Below, piece by piece: positions 60,183-64,000 of a DNA stretch of 64,000 nt. Numbering within the stretch: position 1 is the stretch's first letter; every line of letters begins with the position of its first letter. The notes beneath the pieces are model-generated. The model was not told the DNA's origin and made no database searches. It saw nothing but the letters and a program-made list of their open reading frames with translations. The stretch comes from Candidatus Binatia bacterium (GTDB lineage Bacteria; Desulfobacterota; Binatia; HRBIN30), in contig JBBRSP010000006.1 of NCBI GenBank assembly GCA_038245295.1, positions 1-64,000 on the forward strand, in the 5' to 3' direction. Made by a program: the position numbers and the translations under genes.

Positions 60183-60854
60183 TCATCCTGGACAGCTCAC
60201 GCAGGTCTCGCCTGTCGCGCAATTACAGTAGTTGGCGAATGTGGGGGTGTAACGTGCCGTCGCATTGAAACTGCGGTTCAGACTATCGCGGCCTGAGAAC
60301 GTAATCGTCAGAGGCTGCCCTCGTCCGTAAATCTCGAGCGGTATATGCTCTTTCAATGAGAAATCGAACAGTAAGATGGAGCCGACGGTAGTGTCGGTAA
60401 AATCACAAAACGTCACCGTCCCGGGTCGACAGTCAGCGGCCGTTGAGCACTGCCGCGTCGATTCGTTTCGACATCGTCCGCCCGGAATGACTGCCGAAAG
60501 GGGTAGGCTCACATCACCCACCTGGGAACGGGGGTCGTCGAAGTGGATCGTATAACCACTCAGCGTGATGTCCAAGCCCTCAGCGTTATGGAAAGTGGCG
60601 TTGATGACCGTCTGGGTGAAATGCTCCAGGGTCAGATCCATACCGCCCATCGCCAGACAACAGTTTTCAACAACGTCAACGTCCGCAGAGGAAGCGTTGA
60701 CCGAGTCGGCCTGTGTAATGGCGTCGCCAGACCAACCGACGAAGTGGAAAACCAGGGCATCGTTCCCACCTGGTCCGTCTGCCGTCGACCCGCATCCAGA
60801 CGCTAGCGCGAACGAGAGCGCTACAACCAAACTCACTGAAACCAGACGCCGCAT
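60183..60854 (-). CDS. Hypothetical Cys-rich lipoprotein
   Basis: GGGAGGA RBS; lipobox LASGC; CC, C..C..C insert and C-terminal CNC..CVSC. Confidence 0.8.
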   Translation of the reverse strand: MRRLVSVSLVVALSFALASGCGSTADGPGGNDALVFHFVGWSGDAITQADSVNASSADVDVVENCCLAMGGMDLTLEHFTQTVINATFHNAEGLDITLSGYTIHFDDPRSQVGDVSLPLSAVIPGGRCRNESTRQCSTAADCRPGTVTFCDFTDTTVGSILLFDFSLKEHIPLEIYGRGQPLTITFSGRDSLNRSFNATARYTPTFANYCNCATGETCVSCPG

Positions 60855-60870
60855 GGACTTCCTCCCCGGT

Positions 60871-62127
60871 TCACACGCCGCCCCAGGGGCGACGTGCGGC
60901 ATACTCGGCGATTTGCTGACTACTCAGATACTCGAATCGCGTGCTTCCAAGATCACTTACGCACACGAACTTGACCTTCCCATCCTTCGACTTCTTGTCC
61001 CCCGTCAGGGCGCGGATCAGTGCGGGCCCACTTAGATCCTCAGGCATCTCCAAACGCAGACCGAGGCGCTGCAAAAGGCTCATCACCCGGTCTTGAGTTG
61101 TCTCGCTGCAGAACCCGAGACTCGTCGAGAGTGCGGTGGCAAATGCCATGCCGATCGCGACTGCTTCACCGTGGAGGAACAGCCTATAGTCGGTCAGGCT
61201 CTCCAAGGCGTGGGCCAGCGTGTGACCAAAGTTCAAGACGGCCCGTAGGCCTTCCTCACGCTCATCCTTTGCAACGACCTGAGCCTTGAGTTCGCAGCTA
61301 CGTCGCACGACGTATAGGAGCGCGTCATGATCCTGGCTCAAGACGGAATCGAGGTGCGTCTCGATGAACGCGAACAACTCGGGATCCAAGATGATACCGT
61401 ACTTCACCACTTCGGCGAGACCCGCGACAAACTCCCGGCGCGGCAATGTTAGAATGGTCGAGAGATCCGCGACGACCAGTTTCGGCTGATAGAAAGTGCC
61501 GATGAGGTTCTTGCCGGCCGAGTGGTTCACCGCGGTCTTACCGCCGACGCTTGAATCCACTTGCGCCAGAAGTGTGGTCGGGACTTGGACCAATGGAACA
61601 CCACGCAGATAGGTAGCAGCGGCAAAACCGGCAACGTCGCCGACAACTCCGCCCCCGAGGGCAACGATCGCGTGTCCACGTTCGAGTTTTGCATCAATAA
61701 GGCCATCAAAGATGCCCGCCAACGAGGCGAGGCTCTTGAATGCCTCGCCGTCCGCAATCTCGATCACTTCGGGCCGCACACCCGCTTGCCGCAGCGAGGC
61801 GACGACCGGCTCGCGATAGTATCGGGCGACGGTAGGATTCGTGATCAAGGCGCAGCGATCGCCCGCGCACTCACCTTTGATCAAGCTACCGAGGTTCGCC
61901 AGCAACCCACTACCAATATGGATCTTGTAGGATCGCTCCGCGAGAGTGACATCGACGATCGCCGCCTCTGTCGCGGTCGACCGAAGTGTCGATTGACCGG
62001 TCACGGCAGCACCATTTGACGGGCTGCGAGCACCGGCGCCCCTGGAGGCTTCTCCAACGGGAGGCGTATCATGAACCCGTTCGCCGTAGCCGTGATGTTC
62101 GGAAACATGTGCCATACTCATCAACAA
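60871..62127 (-). CDS. aroB: 3-dehydroquinate synthase
   Basis: GGGVVGD.AGF, PTTLLAQVDSSVGGKT, LNFGHT, HGEAV; true start may be GTG 62004. Confidence 0.96.
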   Translation of the reverse strand: MLMSMAHVSEHHGYGERVHDTPPVGEASRGAGARSPSNGAAVTGQSTLRSTATEAAIVDVTLAERSYKIHIGSGLLANLGSLIKGECAGDRCALITNPTVARYYREPVVASLRQAGVRPEVIEIADGEAFKSLASLAGIFDGLIDAKLERGHAIVALGGGVVGDVAGFAAATYLRGVPLVQVPTTLLAQVDSSVGGKTAVNHSAGKNLIGTFYQPKLVVADLSTILTLPRREFVAGLAEVVKYGIILDPELFAFIETHLDSVLSQDHDALLYVVRRSCELKAQVVAKDEREEGLRAVLNFGHTLAHALESLTDYRLFLHGEAVAIGMAFATALSTSLGFCSETTQDRVMSLLQRLGLRLEMPEDLSGPALIRALTGDKKSKDGKVKFVCVSDLGSTRFEYLSSQQIAEYAARRPWGGV

Positions 62128-62136
62128 TCGCTGGAT

Positions 62137-64000
62137 TCACCGCTCGCTGGTCATCTCGCGATTCCGCCAAAGGTCGGCACCGCTCGGCGCCGCTGCATCT
62201 GGAGCACCCAGGATGCGTGGAGTAAGGAAGACCAGGAGGTCCTCACGGCGGTTGGCTTTGCCGCGTGACCGGAACAACCAACCGATACCCGGAATGTCCA
62301 TGAGGTAGGGAAGACCCGACTCGTTCTCGGAGTAATTGTCACGATAGATCCCGCCCAGAACGACCGTCTGGCCATTCTTGACCAGAATATGCGAGTTCGC
62401 CTCACGACTGATTTCAGTGGGGATCTGATCCACGGTCCTCGAGAAGTCTGCCTGGCTGGATTTGGCCTGCATGTCGAGCATGACGTAACCGTCCGACGAG
62501 ACCTGCGGCACGACTGTCAAGATGATACCGGTTTCGATCTTCTCCGTAGCTGTGGATTGACCACCCGCAGAACCGCCAGCACCCGTGGCGATGACCGTAC
62601 CGGTGCTCGGGAGTTTGACGCGGATGATCGTCAAACTCTTGATCGTTGCCGCGACATTGTTGAGTGTGACCACACGTGGCCGCGACACGACTTTGGCCTT
62701 GCCCGTCTTTTCGAGTGCCGTGATGCGCACATCGAGTGAATTTGACCCATCGATTGAGCCAAGTGCCAGGTTCAGAGCGCTGCCGGCGCCGGCTGCCGCA
62801 TTGGCTGCCGGGAAGTCCGCCAGGAACGGTACGCCGCTGACGCCGGTTCCCAATCCAGATCCGCCAACACCAATCGAACCGGGGAAGTTTGAGCCTGTCG
62901 GGTTACCGGTTTGCGGGCTCTGCAGGTACCGATATCCCCACTGCACACCTAGATCGCGTGCGAAATCAGTTGATGCTTCGACGATGCTCGACTCGATCAG
63001 CACTTGGGCCGTTTGAACGTCGAGTCGGCGAACCACCTCGTGTGCGTTCTCGAGTCCGCGTTGGGTGTCACGAAGGATCAGCGTGTTGGAGTATTCGTCG
63101 ACGAAGACACTACCACGGTTGGTAAGCACGCCTTCTTCAACGCGCTGCCCCGCACCGGTTGGCCCCTTGACGCGCGCAGCACCGCTGATGATCTCAGCCA
63201 GCTTTAGAGCTTTCGCATAGTTGACCCGGATGTACTCGACATGCATCGGCTCGAGAACACGGGCAGCATCCTCGGCGCGTTTGAATTCTTCACGTTCCTC
63301 CCGCAAGCGCTTGATGGTGGAGATGCGAACAACATTGCCGTCTTGCTGCATCTCAAGACTCAGCGTTTGCATGAGAATGTCGAGGGCCTGGTCCCAAGGG
63401 ACATCGAAGAGTCGGATGGTGACCTTGCCTTTGACATCGTCGGTCGCCACCAGGTTGAGCTTGCTCACTTCGGCCAGAAGGCGAAGGACGTTGTGAACAT
63501 CAGCGTCTTTGAAGTCGAGCGATACGTGCTGCCCGACGTACATTTTGCGAGGCACGCCGAGTCGGTCCAGGTTCGATTGTTGGAGGGGCACTTCGGCGCT
63601 ACGCGCCGCGGGCGCGGGTGCGGGTGCCTGCTCGGCGATGGGCTGAATCGCCCCAGCCCGACGGCTGTAAACGATGTTCTCGCGGATCGGGTCAGTCCCG
63701 CCGGTGGGTTCACCGAGGAACGCAACGACGGTGTCGCTTAGATCGCTCACCGTGTAAGGCGGGACGTTGGCACCATTGGTATACACGCTGATGCGAATAC
63801 GGCCGTCCGCCCGCGTCATGCGAACTTCGCTGACGATGGAATTCGGTACTGCAAAACGTTGAGCACTCAACGCTCCGGTGCCGCCCGTGCCGGCAATATC
63901 GATGACCAACCGATTCGGCTGACCAAGCGTCAGATGCGTGACGCTGGCGGGTTTGTCGGTGAGCTTGATGAAGAGACCCTGTTGGCCGTTGTCCTCAACG
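62137..64000 (-). CDS. pilQ: Type IV pilus secretin, 5'-truncated by the window edge
   Basis: Frame open to the window end (AMIN-like PNRLVID); SLDFKDADV, VPWDQALD, QVLIES.IVEA, LP.L.DIP.IGWLF, L.VFLTPRI. Confidence 0.95.
   Translation of the reverse strand, partial: VEDNGQQGLFIKLTDKPASVTHLTLGQPNRLVIDIAGTGGTGALSAQRFAVPNSIVSEVRMTRADGRIRISVYTNGANVPPYTVSDLSDTVVAFLGEPTGGTDPIRENIVYSRRAGAIQPIAEQAPAPAPAARSAEVPLQQSNLDRLGVPRKMYVGQHVSLDFKDADVHNVLRLLAEVSKLNLVATDDVKGKVTIRLFDVPWDQALDILMQTLSLEMQQDGNVVRISTIKRLREEREEFKRAEDAARVLEPMHVEYIRVNYAKALKLAEIISGAARVKGPTGAGQRVEEGVLTNRGSVFVDEYSNTLILRDTQRGLENAHEVVRRLDVQTAQVLIESSIVEASTDFARDLGVQWGYRYLQSPQTGNPTGSNFPGSIGVGGSGLGTGVSGVPFLADFPAANAAAGAGSALNLALGSIDGSNSLDVRITALEKTGKAKVVSRPRVVTLNNVAATIKSLTIIRVKLPSTGTVIATGAGGSAGGQSTATEKIETGIILTVVPQVSSDGYVMLDMQAKSSQADFSRTVDQIPTEISREANSHILVKNGQTVVLGGIYRDNYSENESGLPYLMDIPGIGWLFRSRGKANRREDLLVFLTPRILGAPDAAAPSGADLWRNREMTSER

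Overview
GC-rich bacterial chromosome segment with about 50 real CDSs. No rRNA, tRNA, CRISPR array, transposase, integrase or reverse transcriptase was recognised. The gene content (DUF1329/DUF1302 proteins, a 'CVGDCNGDG..VTIDE' dockerin/EF-hand-like secreted protein, LLM/F420 enzymes, DUF35-thiolases, P450) resembles Candidatus Binatia/Binatota or related deltaproteobacterial lineages; this is an inference. Bases 1-47 kb are mostly lipid/steroid/aromatic-type catabolic genes, with several different REP/MITE-like elements between them and three gene relics: a DUF1566 remnant with a DGR variable-region-like end, half a DUF1778 antitoxin, and a possible YiiX-like fragment. Bases 47-64 kb hold envelope and housekeeping genes: UbiA-cupin-gmd, ddl, and a pilQ-aroB-[lipoprotein + ~2230-aa Big-1 adhesin]-aroQ run. 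Top findings: (1) a ribosome-controlled attenuator (61-codon leader ORF containing a perfect 13-nt antiterminator, then a GAAA-loop terminator) ahead of an XRE regulator and a small membrane protein, divergent from ddl; (2) a thiolase-like/DUF35/hydantoinase-B/A operon; (3) a giant invasin-like lipoprotein inside the pilQ/aro operon; (4) an SH3b-SH3b-DUF1329 fusion; (5) the DGR-target-like pseudogene. All calls come from reading the sequence; no searches were run.
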